Positions 21,410 to 33,600 of a DNA stretch of 64,000 bases are shown one piece after another (the first letter of the stretch is position 1; every line of letters starts with the position of its first letter). The stretch comes from Diplonema japonicum (lineage: Eukaryota; Protista; Euglenozoa: Diplonemea): assembly GCA_964019335.1 (NCBI GenBank), contig OZ025746.1, forward strand, positions 62,001 through 126,000. Reading direction: 5' to 3'. The notes under the pieces were generated by a model. The model was not told the origin of the DNA, ran no database searches, and saw only the letters and a list, made by a program, of their open reading frames with translations. Made by a program: the position numbers and the translations under genes.

Positions 21410-22056
21410 TCTTCTTTTTTTTTTTTTTTTTTTTACTTTTTTTTTTACCCCCCCTTTTTTTTTCGTGTGAGGGGGAAAAAAAAAAAAAAGAAGGGAATAA
21501 ATGACAACAGATTGGGACCATGAAGGGAAAAAGGGGAAAGGGAAAAAAAAAAAAAAGAGTCGGTTTGATTTGTAGTCTGTGCACAATCGAGGGTTAACCT
21601 GTAGTGACATTATCAATATATTGTTGTTTCTCTTGTTCTGGCTGATTAGTTTGTGAAAAAGCCGGTATTTCTTTTCTTTTCTTTATTCACCTAAAAAGTG
21701 GGTAAACGGACAAAAAAAAAATAGGCGCTGCACTACTCGTGCAGTGCGTTTTCCCTTGTGTGTTTCCAGCAGAAAAGAAGAAAAAAAAAAGAAAGAAAAG
21801 GATGCAGGGGGAAATCAGTTTTTCCCTTTTCCCCGCGTATCTTTGTGAAAACTCGTATAAAAAAAAAAAATAAAAAGCGTGAAAAAAAAAGGGTATATGG
21901 GGGGGGAATGAAGTCAAAAAAAAAAATATTGATGAGAAAACAAAAAGAGGGGGGGAGGAAGGGAGGGAGAGAGAAATATGCTTTTTTTTTTTCGTTTCTT
22001 TTTTTCCCTTCCTATCCTCATTTATTTTTTTTTTCTTTTTTTTTTTTTTTTTTTTT

Positions 22057-24109
22057 CTAGTAAGCCCTGGCAGGGTTGCCCTCCATGAAGTATATGAAGG
22101 CACGGTTCACTACTTTGTTACCACCAGGTGTCGGGTAGTGCCCTGAGAAGTACCAGTCACCAGGGGTGTTGGGGCAACTCTTACGGAGGCCCTCTAGATC
22201 TTGGAAAATGATGTCCAAGCCGCACTCCAGGTCCGCCGGCTTCAGCAACAGGCTCACCTTGTCAGAGATCTCCTCAGCAGTAAACGGAGCATAGATTTCC
22301 CTGACCCAGTTCTTGACCTGCTCCTTGGGCAGAGTTTCTTGCGCTTTGCATTTTTTGTACACGTTGTCTAGGACACCCTCCATCCCTCTCTCCTTCAAAA
22401 GGGCAGCCGCCGCTCGGAAGGCACAAAAATCGCTCATCCGGGCCATGTCGATCCCATAGCAGTCAGGGTATCTGATTTGAGGTGCTGAGGAAACAATGAC
22501 AATCTTCTTGGGCTTCAAACGCGACAGGATTCGGATCACACTTTTTTTTTTTTTTTTTTTTTTTTTTTCCCTTGCCCGTATACCTTGTCTTCAATGTGGT
22601 CCCCCGAACAATGCTGTCATCGATCAGCACAATGGTGTCAACCTTCTCCTTCGCGATGTCGTAAGTGATGTCGTACACAAGCGCCACCATCGCCTCACGC
22701 TCCGCGTCCTTTTTTTTTTTTTTTTATATATAAAAAAAAATACCGAGGTGATGAAGGTTCTGGACTTGGTGTCCTTCAGAAGAGGTTTCCCGTAGTTCGG
22801 GCGGTTTTTCAAGATTTCCGTGAGGCTCGCCTCGTTCAGCGTGCCCTGCGCCTGCAGGTTAAGGATCTCCTTCGCCTTCAGTTCGTCGCAGTGCTCTTCA
22901 ATCCCCTTCAACAACCCGTAAAAACAAGTCTCGGCCGTGTTAGGTATGTAACCGTAGACAGCGTTGCGGAAGTCCGGCCCGATCTTGGCGGCAACGCGTT
23001 TTGCAAGAACACGGCCAAGCTCAAACCGCTCTTTGTAGATCTCCTGGTCTGACCCACGGCTGAAGTAAATACGCTCGAAAGAGCATGCAAGGTGTCTGCC
23101 GGGTTTGGTAACTTGGTGGATGCCGTGGGTCCCGTTCTTACGAACGATGAGAGCATGTCCAGGGGGAAGTTCTTTCACTATTCCTGACGAAAGCCCCATT
23201 GCTGTTTGAATCGGTGCCCGTTCGCTCGCAATCACAACAATTTCATCATCCGCGTGATAGAAGCACGGGCGGATTCCGTTGGGATCGCGGACGACAAAGG
23301 CGTCCCCATGGCCGAAGATACCGCCCATTGCGTACCCGCCGTCCCAATCCTGAGCGGAGTTCATCAGAATTTTTCGGACGTCGAGGTTTTCCGCGATTAG
23401 TTCCGTGATCTTCCTGTTATCGTAGCCTTCTTGTTTGAACTTTTGAAACAAGCGTTCGTTTTCAAGGTCTAAAAAGTGTCCGATTTTTTCCATAACGGTG
23501 ACGGTGTCAGACTTTTCCTTCGGGTGCTGTCCGAGGTTGATCAGGAGATCGTACAGCTCGTCGACGTTAGTCAAGTTGAAGTTACCCGCCGCAGCAAGGC
23601 ACCTTGTCATCCAGTTGTTCTGCCTCAGAAACGGGTGGCACTGTTCGATACTGTTCCCCCCGTAGGTACCGTATCTTAAGTGACCCATCCACACTTCACC
23701 GGTGAATGCAAAGTTGTCTTTCAGGTATTGGGGCTCTTTGAGCTTGTCGGGGTCGTCCTTCACAAGAGTCTTGAACCTTGAGTTGATGTGGTCGAAAACC
23801 TCCTGGACGGGTTTCTGCCCGTTGGCCCTGGAACGGCTAATGTACCTGTGGCCTGGCTCGGGGTTTAATTTGATGTTTACCACGCCTGCACCGTCCTGAC
23901 CCCTGTGGTTTTTGTTAGGTGTTGTGTGAAGGAAAGAAATTGTACCTGTTCCCCATCTTCTCCATCAAGATGAACATTTTGTTTGATGCGTAAAAAGGTG
24001 TGCCATATTTCCTATTTTTTTTTAAAACTTTTTTTAAAGAAAAAAAAAGAACATACTTTTCATAATATTCTAACGGCTTTAACAGCCTGATAAATACAAT
24101 CCCGCACAT
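22057..24109 (-). CDS. purF: Amidophosphoribosyltransferase (Bacteroidota-type); 4 introns
   Basis: MCGIVFIRLLKPLEYYEKKYG...NRGQDGAG, GHLRYGT, NGNF-like AGNF, CSFERIYFSR, RTFI, LIDDSIVRGTT and YPDCYGIDM. Introns at 24012-24056, 23903-23945, 22709-22743 and 22541-22583. Confidence 0.95.
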
Positions 24110-24285
24110 TCGTTACAACCTTCGACCTGGCGTAATTTTTTTTTTTAAAAAAAGTTTTGTTCCAAAAAAAAAAAATGAAAAAAAAAAAGAATTGAAGAAA
24201 GAAAGAAAAAAAAGTTGTGTTATAAACGGGGGGGGGGGGGGGGGAGGGGGGATTTTGTTTTGTTTTTTTTTGTTTTCTTTATCTT

Positions 24286-25186
24286 TTACTTAAGGTTAAG
24301 AAGGCTGGTGTTCGCTTCCAAAAACTGGGCTGTATGCAGAACGTCGTGGACCCGGAGGTAATTCACCCCTTGCTGCGCGGCGTATAACGCCACAGCTAGC
24401 GAGGAGCCGAGTCGATTCTTGGCGCCGAAATCCTTCTTGATGAGCGAGGTGAGGAATCCTTTACGAGAAGCGCCAAGTAGTATCTGAATGTTCAATTTTT
24501 TTTTTTTTTTTTAAACATACCGGCAAATCAAATCTCGTTCTAAACTCAGGCAGCCTTTTCAACACTTCTATGGAGTCCTGAGGCTTTGCAGAAATAAACG
24601 CCCCCATCCCAGGGTCCAATATGATCTGCGACTTCTGCACACCGCTGTCCAAAGCCGTGGCAACTCGCTCCTCGAAAAATTCCATTATTTTTTGAAACAC
24701 ATCTTTTTGATCATCCTTGAGGTCAGCTCTACCGGACGCGTTTTTGCAATACATCAACACGAATTTTATAGAGGGTTTCGAGGCGATGAATTTGAACATC
24801 TCAGGGTCATTCCTACCTCCTGAAACGTCGTTGACAATGGTGAAGCCGTGCTGCACGGCGTACTCGGCGGTTCTTGCGTTGACGGTGTCAACTGAGAATT
24901 CCGCCACCCCTGGTTGGGAGTCTAAAATGCCCCGAATGGCCTCCATAACTACTGTCAGCCTTCTCATCTCTTCCTCTATCGTTATCGGTTCGCTGCCCGG
25001 TGCCGTGCTCTCCGCGCCGACATCCACCAAATTCGCGCCTTGTTCTATCAACGAGGCCAGCTCCTTCCTCACCACGTTGCTCGCCATCGTCTGTTGGTAT
25101 TCGTTCGCCGTGTCGAGCCACCCGTCCCCGCTGAAGGAGTCGGGGGTCACATTGCACACACCCATTATTTTTACGCCCGTCGTCAT
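24286..25186 (-). CDS. folP: Dihydropteroate synthase, stand-alone; 1 intron
   Basis: IMGVCNVTPDSFSGDG, DVGAESTAP, NDVSGG and LDPGMG; after the intron at 24484-24520, LLGASRKGF...YLRVHDV. Confidence 0.95.
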
Positions 25187-25356
25187 TTTTTTTTTTTTTG
25201 CCTTTTTTTTTTGTCAGCAAGTATATATAAAAAAAAAGGGGGGGGAACTTTTTTTTTGCCACAACACGCGCAAACGATGCAGGATTTCTTTTTTTTGTTT
25301 AAATTTATATATTCGGATGGAAGAAGAAGAAGAAGAAGAAGAAGAAAAGAAAAAAA

Positions 25357-26136
25357 CTACTTCACCTTCATCAGCGTTCTCGTCCCCAGGAAGATCATGA
25401 ACACAGTGAAGAAATAACGGAGGGACTCCTCGGGGATGGTTGAAGCTAGCTGCGCACCGCCGGAGGAACCGATGGCCGTCCCGATGGCCAAGGGGAGCGC
25501 AACTGACGGTACGAGCGTGCCGGCACTATAGTGCGCGAGGGACCCCGAGGCAGAGGGGAGGACCATTGCGGCGAGAGATGTTCCCAAGGCAGCGTGGTGC
25601 CCGTGGTCTGTGAGGAAGGTAACAGCAGGAACAACGACAGTACCACCGCCTACACCCAGCAACCCGGCGAGGACTCCAGAGCAGCAGCCCAACGCAGTCA
25701 TGGGGAAGAGAGAGGAGAATGACACTTCTGTCTGTACAGTAGGGGCACCTTTAACGTTTTCCTCGGTGTCCTTTTCTCGTGTCATGTAAGGTTTCAGGCA
25801 CACCAAAGGTGCGACAGCTAGTTGGAAACCTCCCAACGCCATCTGAAGCTTTCTTTGAGACATTCTGTTTGCCAGCCTTGCGCCCAAAGGGGCCGTTGCC
25901 ATCCCTCCTGCAGCAATTGCCATGGCGGCCACCATGTCGACTGAGCCTACGGACCCGTAAGAGAGGGCTCCTGCAGCGCCTGTAGCCGTCACTGCCGCTA
26001 AGGACGTCCCATGAGCTTGATGCTGCGTCAGCTTCAACGCCCCCGTTAACAGCGGTATGGCCACCAACCCTCCCCCTAGACCTACCATGGACCCCAAGAA
26101 CCCTGCACATGCACCTACTCCTACTGTTGTGGCCAT
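25357..26136 (-). CDS. TauE/SafE (TSUP) family membrane transporter
   Basis: Duplicated G..G.GGG...P motifs (GSMVGLGGGLVAIP; AGLLGVGGGTVVVP) and A.GTSLAA twice; about 8 TM segments. Confidence 0.9.
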   Translation of the reverse strand: MATTVGVGACAGFLGSMVGLGGGLVAIPLLTGALKLTQHQAHGTSLAAVTATGAAGALSYGSVGSVDMVAAMAIAAGGMATAPLGARLANRMSQRKLQMALGGFQLAVAPLVCLKPYMTREKDTEENVKGAPTVQTEVSFSSLFPMTALGCCSGVLAGLLGVGGGTVVVPAVTFLTDHGHHAALGTSLAAMVLPSASGSLAHYSAGTLVPSVALPLAIGTAIGSSGGAQLASTIPEESLRYFFTVFMIFLGTRTLMKVK

Positions 26137-26533
26137 TTTTTTTTTTTTTTTTTTTTTGCCTTTCTTCTGTGATGGATTTTTGGGGAAAAAAAAGGGAGGG
26201 GGGGCGAGAAAAATTCACACAGAAACACATTAAGCAAGGGAAATGCCCTATGTGGGGGCCCTGTGGAGTCTGCAGCTGCCTTCGAAGCTGGACTAAGGTT
26301 CGACTCTCACCATGGAGAGGGAACTCGGACAACACGTCAGGGGAGAGCAAGCGAAACAAAACATGAAGGGCATGGCAACAGCTGTGGGCCAACAAGCTGG
26401 TGGGGGAAGCTGGTGTTGTTCGTCATCGTTGCCATTTTTTAAAGGGAAAGGCCAGAAAAAAAAGAGAAAAAAAAAAAGAAAATCGTTCGGAGATTGCACG
26501 TGGTTATAAAATCATTTTTTTCTGTGAAAGACG

Positions 26534-26564
<31 letters not shown>

Positions 26565-26574
26565 TTGAAAAATA

Positions 26575-27380
26575 CTAGTCGTAGTGCTTGTAATGCGGAC
26601 TCTCCGCCGTGATCACGTTGTCCCACATGTCTTTTCCCAGAATCGCAAAAAAACTCAATGCACCCGTAATGATTAATATCTGTATTTAAAAAAAAAAATC
26701 TTTTTTTCCCCCTTCTTTTTTTCCCATACCGTCGATGGCGCTTCGGTGGGGGAGTAATTAGGGATGAACGATCGGCCGAAGGCGGAAACATCTTCTGGGT
26801 AGACATAAAGGGGAACTTCCTCGACTTCCTTGTTTAAGGTGATGCGTATCTTGGCAGCCTGAATTCGATTGCTGGCATCTGGAAGAGCTCCGGAACCATA
26901 AGCTATCTCAAAGAGATTCCTTGTGGTGAGGGAGGGATCCACTGTAACCCCTTGAGGGGTCCATTTGGTGGCAGCTACGGCAACGGCAACGGTGACCTCA
27001 TCCGGCCAAATTGTTTGTAATGCTGTTTTCCCTTCGGGGCTATTCAACACGTGATTTTCCATAAAGTACTGGGTAGATCGTTCCCCTAGGTTTAAAGATT
27101 CCGCAGGGAGTACCTCCTCTACCCCGTATTCATTCTCTATTTTCCACATTCCCTCACCAACCTCATCCATTAAACGTCCTGTGATGTTTCTCCCTTCATC
27201 CATGACCCATGCGCCGACACAGGGTTTTAGTTCTCGATACAAATTTGCGTCATCTTTTCTCTCCCCCAGCCGGGGGTGTTCCACCCACATCTCGCACCTC
27301 ACCTTTGCTACCCCGAAGTATCTCGAAAGGATCGGGACGTACCTTCTCTTCACCGCTCGGACTACGAACGCTTTACACAT
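26575..27380 (-). CDS. Hypothetical protein with a C-terminal TM segment, possibly mitochondrial; 1 intron
   Basis: ORF 26673-27380. The intron at 26680-26729 (GTATGG...TACAG) joins it to ILIITGALSFFAILGKDMWD...HYD*. The N-terminus is basic. Confidence 0.65.
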
Positions 27381-27485
27381 AATTACTATTTTTTTTTAAA
27401 TCCTTCCCTCCCTCTCCCGCCTTTTGGTTTCTTTTTTTTTTTTTTTCTTTCCCACTTTTTTTTTTTCCATTTCTTAACAACGAAA

Positions 27486-27519
<34 letters not shown>

Positions 27520-27672
27520 AAAGAAAGGCACACATGTTGGAGAAAAAAAAAAAAGAAAAAAAAAACCCACACACGTTCACAACGAAGGGTTAGGAGAGGT
27601 TTTTTTTTTTTTTTTTTTTTTCTTCTTCGGTTATCTTCTATTCTTGCGAACTCAAAAAAAAAAATGGAAATA

Positions 27673-30600
27673 TCACATATACAAAGTCTGTCTGGATTGG
27701 ATGGTTGAGCTACACATTGGGCATCTCTGAACGCAAGCTGAGCAGGGTTGGCACAGGACGTGCCCGCAGGGGACGAGGCAAGTGTTGCGAGGGACGTCTG
27801 GGTTGAAGCAGATGCTGCAGGTGTTGTCATCCTGGGTGGTCTGGAGGAGCTCGCGGAGATTGTCTCGGTCGAGACGCACCGTGGCGAGCTCGCTGGTGCT
27901 CCTCTCGAGCTTAGAAAGAAGATCGATCCTGTCCTCCCCGATGTCCACCTCAAGTCGAGTCAACAGGTTTCTCAACAATCCCCCTTTGATATCGTCCTCC
28001 TTGTCCTCGCTTTCCCGATTTTGAACGTCTGAAGTTTCACCGGTTTCGTCCACCTCCACCACTCTGCCGTCATGGTCAAACTTCTTTACTTCAAACGGAA
28101 ACTTCTCCTTGATCCTTCCAAGCCCGATGTCCACTAAAAACTGAAACTTCACCTCGGGCTCGTCGACCGGTGTAATTTGTCGAATCTCGCCGTATTTGAA
28201 CCCAGTGTCGGCATCCCCTTTGTAGGCTACGCACTCTCCTATCGTGTATGAGGGGTCAGGTATTGTTGAAAAAACCTCGGAGGCGAGAATCGGTTTACCA
28301 AGAATCCCCCGCGACCCTGCTTCGGTGACGGACACCGTTGCAGCGTGTAAGGACGTGAGTACAAGTTGCATATTTTCCGGTTCCGATGCGAGAAGGTCGT
28401 TGATGTAAGGCGCGGGGGGTGTATTCAATATGTCAGTGATGCACTGCGCAAGGATGGCAGTGTGGGTGATGTATTCCGGCAGGACTGCCCGAACGTAAAT
28501 CGTGGTGGATTGCGACCCCGAAGACTTGACGGGCTTGTCGATGAAGTACAGAGACTTGTTGTTGACCTCCGTGACGTTCCTCGTGTTGTGGTGGAACCTC
28601 GTTGTCAGAACGGTGACAGAGACGACCGAGCATTTGCTCAGTTTTGCGGTGATTGAACGGACGTCGAGCATCCTGTCCTGCATGTTGTACACGTCACGCA
28701 GGCACCCGGCAAATGTCTCGCTTGTCAAACGCCGTGTCAGATCTTCCATCACCTTGCCGTTCTTCATGTGTTCGTCGTCGTCGATGGTGTGTCGAACGGT
28801 CTGGCTGATCATTTTTAGTTGAAGGGCTTTGCACACGCTTCTCGTCAGCCTGTCATTCGCGAAGGATATCCCCTCTGACCGAATGCTTTCCAGCATCCAC
28901 GGGGCATCGTTGTAAACCACATCATCTTTTTTTCGTAACACGCACGACTGGTCGGGAACGTGCGTAACTCTGTGGTTTTTCCCCGCGACCATCATTTTAA
29001 GATACGAGTTCAGCTCTGTCGGGTTCAGATAGGTCCCCTCCCGCCTCTTCCCGATTTGGAGGATGACCCTTTCAGTGTCTTGGGACGGGTCGAAGGTTTG
29101 CCTCGAGCCGAGCATTTCCAATGTTGAAAATTGTTTTTGATACATTTCCGGGATTTGAATCGCGAATGGTGGCATGGGTTTGTCGATGCTTTTGAACATG
29201 CAGTCCGGGCAGCCCAACATCATTGCCACGGGAACGCACGGGGTCTTCCCGATCTCAGTTCGGAAGGTCTTCCAAGAGGGATCGCTGACAACGGAATCTT
29301 GGCTGATATAGTCCAGGACCCGAGAGAAGTCCTCAGCGGGATCGCTTTCCAACGGGTATGTCTTTAAATCCATTGCTTGCAAGGATTTCACGATGTTCGA
29401 GATGCGGGGTGCACGGAGGTTCACCGCCGATGGCTTCGGGGGCATCCACTCCGCCTTCAGCATCGGCATGCTGAACGGGACCAAGTGACGATACGCAGGC
29501 TGGCAGCACTGTTCGAACCTGAACAGCTGCATTGTCTCCGTTCCCGGTTTGTATGCGGGCACGATGTGCAGCTTCGCGATGGTGTCTGTGAAGGTCGGCG
29601 TGTCGACAAATGCGTCCCAGTCCCGCTTCAGCTGGACAAGTAGTGCCCTTGCCCCGGAGTATATTCGTTCAGGGATCTCTGGTGAGCTTTTCTCTTGGTC
29701 GATCCTTTTTGCGCATCGTATGAATATTTCGGCCGTTACCTTTTTTTTTTTTTTTTTATTATATTTTTTTTTTTAATTAAATTACCTCGTTCCGCATCCC
29801 AAGCGTTTCCAAAAACGGCAGCCACTCCCCTTCACTGTATCTTCCGTGGGGCAGCAGGAGCCTTTCGTCGCCGAACACATCCTGTGGTGGGTGGTTATTG
29901 TCGGGTGGTAAACGAAGAAAAAAGAGAAAAAAAAAAAAAAAGGTGTTTTTACAAACCTGAACCAAAGTGAGGGACGGGTGGAGGAAGTCGGATGCCCTGT
30001 GCAGCCGGTCCTCACTGTTCGGGAACTGCGGGGGGTGGGATGAGAGAAAAAGAACAAAAAAAAAAAAAAAAAATCACATACCAACTTTGCATCCTTCAAG
30101 AAAGCAGCGAAGGATTCGTCATCGGCATACGACGTCTCCATATGTTCCCTGATGTGCTCGAGCTGCGGTGGGGGTTTTTTTTTTTTTTTTACCCCCCTTT
30201 CTTTTTTTTTCTCTCTCGAATACCTGGTTGTAACGCGTTTCAAAATCAGTTTCCTCAAAAGCGGGCAAGATATGGTAACGCCAAACATCCGTCTCCGTCT
30301 TAGTGACCACGCCAAGGGCAGCCAGCAGCTCTTGCTCATGATTGGCAATCCTGGTTTTTTTTTTTTTTTTTTTTTCCCAAACAACGTACCAGCCACGCTC
30401 CGGTGTGAAGAAAGGGTTGCCGGGTTTCGTTGCGTAAACCCCTTCATTCTCAATGCTGGTGTACCCGTCCTGCCCGATCGCGCTGAAAAGGGGCAGGCTT
30501 CGCAGTTGCTTCGAGTGCCTAGCTATTCTGAAATCCCCCGCATGTTGAGAAAAGTAACTCAGCGTCGCTTCCCTCGTTTCCTGCTCGACTGTGTCCCACT

Positions 30601-33600
30601 GTAACTGTTTCTTCTCCGTCAGCGAGGCCAGCTTTGTGGCAACGACTTGCGGTTGGCTCCCCTGCGGCTGGAACTTCGTCCCGCCTACAAACCCACTGTC
30701 CAGCACGGGGACCCGCAAGGCAGTGAGGACATCTCTCGCATCGTTCGGATCGTGGTCGTAGTTATGGCTTGAGTCTGGAGTGTTGAGGGCACGGTTCATG
30801 ATATCAATCCCGCCTTGAATCAAGGCAGAGAAACCGGTGAACAGAGACAGTGCAGGGGCAGGCTGTTGAGGTTCAGCTGCGGGAGGTGGAGCTGGAGCGG
30901 CGTCGGGTGTCGTTGTGTGCTCGCTGCCGTCGCCTTCCGGTTTGAACATGAAGGCGTCGCTCACAAGACCGCAGTCGACCAGCCTCCCGTCCTCCAACGG
31001 GAGCAGAGGCCACCCCTCCACATGCTTCACAGCATTCGGTCCTTCACCCGCGAGCAGTTTCCAAAACCCGTTCAGCCATTCTTTCGACACTTCGCCGACC
31101 TCGTCGGTTGGAACCTCCGACATTCCTTTCCACTTCACAGGTGCCTCGTTGCAGCCTCTCGCGTACACCGCATGCATGTGGTTTGTGATCTGCTCCATGT
31201 CAGGGGTGTAGATTTGAATAGCGTTACCGAACTCAGGGGAGGAAAGCTTCTTGAAAACGGAGGGCGTTTTTGAAACCTCAGGATGGACGAAGGCCAGCTC
31301 GGGGCCAGGGATGCCTCGGAGGACCTTTTTTGCGTCCGTGTCGCCCAAGAACACACGTCTGTCCCCGAATCGTTCGACAGAAAGCTTTCCGTCCGGTGTT
31401 TCTAACGGGAGAAGACAGATACCGCGAAGCTTTGTGGAGTGGGGGGGCTCGAGGTCTGTGATGGAGAGCGACAACAGCTGCACTATGTGCGATGGCTCGG
31501 AGAGCTTCCCGACTACACAGAAGGACGGGGCCGCATGGCACAGCTGGCGGACGTCGGCAGGGGGCAATGCCTGTGCTTTACCGGTCTTCTTGGCCACCAT
31601 GCTCTGCCCGACGTAGCTTGGAACGGTGAACGCGTTCAGCTCTTTCGAGACAATTGAGATCACCTCGTTTGTCGCATCGCCCGTCACAAACCTCACACCT
31701 TTGTGGTTGTACGTGGCGAGCGAGTTTTTGTACAGGAACAGCTTGTCGGTGGAGGAAATCTTTGCGTAGATTTCCATGACCGCTGCGGAGTGCTTGCAGT
31801 CCACTGACGGGCTTGGCCAATACTCGTAGCAGTATTCCTGGCTCGGAAGCTCGTGGGCGAAGAGGGTTGGCAACACGTGTAGAAGCTTGGTGTACGCGCC
31901 CCAAACGTTTGACATTATCGCTGTGTTCCACTTCGGGTTGCCCGGGATGTTGTTCGTGAAGATCTGTACGGGGATGCCAGGACCATCTGCGTCGTCGTTG
32001 TGGGGAATGGGTTTCATATGTCTGCTTGTCATTTTGAGCCATTCGTGGCGGGGCTTCTCACTGTTGTACTGGAGGAGTGCGGCGACGCCGCCCAATGGAG
32101 CGCGAGACAGCTCGACACCCAGACGCCGTGACTCGTCACATCCAGACATCATGCACACACCCCATTTGTAGATATCAACACGAGGGCCTTCCTCGCTTCC
32201 TTGTCGTTCCTCCACAACCTCCACTGAGATGATGAACTCCTTTGTGGATTCAACCGATTTGGTCATGAACCCGAACATCGACTCCTTTTGAGGTATGTGG
32301 TTCCACATTGCCTTGCGTTCGTCTGTCTTGGGCTTCGGCTTCACCTCGGCACGCATTGTATTGCAGTACCCGTCTGCTGTGTGCTCTTGGCAAACAACCT
32401 TTGAGACACATGTGAAGGCAAGCATTGCCGGTACTGATGTGGACATTGAGCGCAAACATATTTTGACTGTTTCGCCTTGGATCGGATCGTCGAAGGCGGA
32501 CTTTGAGGCTCTGATGGGGATTCTCAACGTGGTTCCGTGGTTCTTGTACTCGAGAAGCTGGTTCAGGTGCCCTCGGAAGTTTTTGAGCACGTCTCCGATA
32601 CTGTACCATATCGATTCCTTTAAGGGTTGGTAGAAGAGGAGCTCGTCGCTGGTCATCACCTGTACGCAGTCGGCGATGGCGAAGCATGACCCGAAGCCTC
32701 CCTGAACACCCCCCCATGTTCTTTTGAACAATTTCAACAGTACCTCGGAGGTCAGCTGTACATCAAGATGCACGACAAGCGCTTCTTTTTGGTAGTCCTG
32801 CGTGCCTGGTATCCCTCCCGTGTACACCTTGCTGTCGTACGTAAAGGAAACGTTACACTGCTTTTTGTGAGCGAATTCCAAGAAGTCTCGCATAAGGCAT
32901 TTCACGCTCGGCTTCGGGTTCCTCCTAAGGTACTTCAAGACCTCATCCATGTCCACTGTATTCTTCATCACGTAACGGGTCTTGTGGTTGGAAATCTCCT
33001 CTACCGACTGCACGCCGAGCAGGCTCGCCACATTGTGCGGGATCCTCGGGTGCACGGAAATGTAATACTCGTGGGTAGTTGCGGTGGTTGCTTCACGGTC
33101 GTACACCAGTTTGTTCAAAGTCCTCAGAACACCCTCTGCGTCTGGTAGATGTGTGATGATGTTCTTCTCAGGGCTTTCAGAGACGAACACAGCGATCTCG
33201 CAGCACATGGTGAGTTCCCTCTCGGTGACGGGTTCGGTTTCCCTTTCGTCCGCAAGGAGCGTCAACAATGGGGCGTAGTCCTGGGCGGTGAAGTACTTTT
33301 TTACACCAAGCGCCACGCGGAGAGGGATGAGACTGTCAACCCATTCTCCCAGATATTGGGAAGGTATATCCCACAGCATTGGCCTCGCATCGATGTCGCA
33401 CAACACCAGAGAGGCGTTTCCAGGTATCGTATAGTCGTGTGATAAACCGCTCCCGACGTAGATGGTCGACATGTGCCGCAGGGCAGCGAGGTGTGGTTGG
33501 AGCGCTTCCCTCGTCACAGGGTCCCTCAACCTCTTGCTGAGCTCGGCGTAAACATGCTTCACAACCTCGTAAGGAGCATTGTGTTTCCCGCACATCTCCA

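Noticed and set aside
22541-22743. Apparent frameshifts in purF, folP and sacsin read as pseudogenes or programmed slippage on poly(A)
   Set aside because: Each is resolved exactly by removing a GT-AG segment that restores conserved motifs.
26673-27380. Ribosomal protein L9-like identity
   Set aside because: The resemblance is too weak, and the spliced product has a TM tail.
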